In this document: positions 63,029 to 64,000 of the stretch, in pieces
Position numbering within the stretch: position 1 is the stretch's first letter
Layout of the letters: the number at the start of each line of letters is the position of its first letter
Virus record (IMG/VR): IMGVR_UViG_3300028676_000003
Span: 304,550-368,549 of that record
Length of the DNA: 64,000 nucleotides
Strand: one strand, 5' to 3'
Program-made: the position numbers and the translations under genes
The notes under the pieces: model-generated
What the model was told of the DNA's origin: nothing
The model's input: only the letters and a program-made list of their open reading frames with translations
The model's database searches: none

Positions 63029-63529
63029 ATGAAAAAGAATACAGCAATATTAGACACACATACTAAATTAATCAAATTTGATTTCAACGGTACCGAATAT
63101 ACTGTTGACTTAAAAGAAGGAGACTTAGAAGATAATTGGAATTCTATCGTAGACAAAAATCAAGTAATATGGGATTTCAATTTTACATGGGAACATGAAG
63201 TTGGTGAGAAACCTTATTTGACAATTCATAGTCTTGAGTTTGTTAATGGTAATTATCAAAAAGACTACAAGAATGATACCAGTATCAAAATCGTTGAAAC
63301 CGTTGGTAACAGAAGCTTTTATTTCGATGATAAAGACTTCGTATATAACTACAAGTTGAAAGCGTATTTTGAAGTATTCAACGGAAAGGATGAAGTAGTT
63401 CTTAAAACGAAGAGTCTTAACAGAGCTTCGGATGAAACAGTAAATCTTAAGACGTTCAAGCAAGACCCAAATGGTTATGTTATCGCAACGGACTTAGAAG
63501 GAGCAAAACTTAATTTATCATCTAAATAA
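63029..63529 (+). CDS. hypothetical protein
   Basis: ORF behind promoter. Confidence 0.65.
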   Translation: MKKNTAILDTHTKLIKFDFNGTEYTVDLKEGDLEDNWNSIVDKNQVIWDFNFTWEHEVGEKPYLTIHSLEFVNGNYQKDYKNDTSIKIVETVGNRSFYFDDKDFVYNYKLKAYFEVFNGKDEVVLKTKSLNRASDETVNLKTFKQDPNGYVIATDLEGAKLNLSSK

Positions 63530-63535
63530 TCAGTC

Positions 63536-64000
63536 ATGAAAATCGAATTAAAGAATATCAAGGTTAACTTAGCATTTAGTGAAGAAACAACTTGTTTTAC
63601 TGCCGACATTTATGTAAATGGAAAGAAAGCAGGATATGCCAAGAATAGTGGACATGGTGGTTGTACTGATTACAGACCATACGATGCTCAACACGGAATT
63701 TTAAACGATGCAAACGATTACTTGAAAACACTTCCAAGTACTCCTTATACATTCGGTGGAACAACTATCGAAATTGAAAGCAATCTTGAAAACTTCATTG
63801 ATAATGCTGTTGAAGCTTATCTTGAAAAGAAAGAAGATACCAAGGTTAAAAAGAAAATTGAAAAGCTTTGCCTAACACACCTTGTTTTTGGTGACCTTGA
63901 AAAAGGAACATACAGAAAGATAGGTTATGCAAACACCTCAATTGAGGACCTTAAGAAACGTCCTGACGCTGATAAGCACATTCAAAAGCTTATTGATACT
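63536..64000 (+). CDS. hypothetical protein, 3'-truncated by window edge
   Basis: MKIELKNIK...SEETTCFTADIY.NG...N.GHGG; no stop before window end. Confidence 0.7.
   Translation, partial: MKIELKNIKVNLAFSEETTCFTADIYVNGKKAGYAKNSGHGGCTDYRPYDAQHGILNDANDYLKTLPSTPYTFGGTTIEIESNLENFIDNAVEAYLEKKEDTKVKKKIEKLCLTHLVFGDLEKGTYRKIGYANTSIEDLKKRPDADKHIQKLIDT

Noticed and set aside
2625-63463. Most minus-strand and nested ORFs in the track (e.g. 4277-4834, 9216-9665, 53299-53673)
   Set aside because: They are shadows of well-supported + strand genes, with no promoter and no recognisable motifs.
1-64000. Stop-codon reassignment
   Set aside because: TAA, TAG and TGA all end intact conserved genes, and coding density is high under code 11.
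1-64000. CRISPR array, IS/transposase, integrase, intron/intein
   Set aside because: No regularly spaced repeats or such domains were seen, and conserved enzymes are of normal length.

Overview
AT-rich, very gene-dense segment (about 130 ORFs, all but three on the + strand) of what is most likely a jumbo dsDNA phage infecting Bacteroidota, probably Flavobacteriaceae. Support: about 24 Bacteroidota-type promoters (TTG, ~19-21 nt, TAnnTTTG), no obvious Shine-Dalgarno sites, Bacteroidota-like RpoD/TrpRS/RNase R/DUF3127, lipoproteins and an outer-membrane beta-barrel, all scattered among many small hypothetical ORFs. No virion or replisome core genes are recognisable, so this is a host-takeover and counter-defence region. 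Recognisable modules: NAD+ salvage and ADP-ribose handling (NMNAT-Nudix, NAMPT, PRPP synthetase, sirtuin, two macrodomains); RNA repair (RNA ligase, HD-polynucleotide kinase, 2H, Thg1, HAD); translation and ribosome rescue (bL12-like domains, YqeY, tRNA-binding OB fold, Smr, IF3, RNase R, RlmN-like, SmpB, TrpRS); and a phage sigma-70. Unexplained signals: a ~330-nt promoter-driven structured RNA with a tRNA-like 3' end; 11 micro-ORFs sharing an ATG-NNN-NTA-GGW start; a T4 Gol-peptide-like segment in a non-capsid protein; a shared N-terminal tag on genes behind a second promoter class; and a homopolymer-frameshifted AP2 gene. All annotations come from motif reading and recalled family knowledge; no searches were run.
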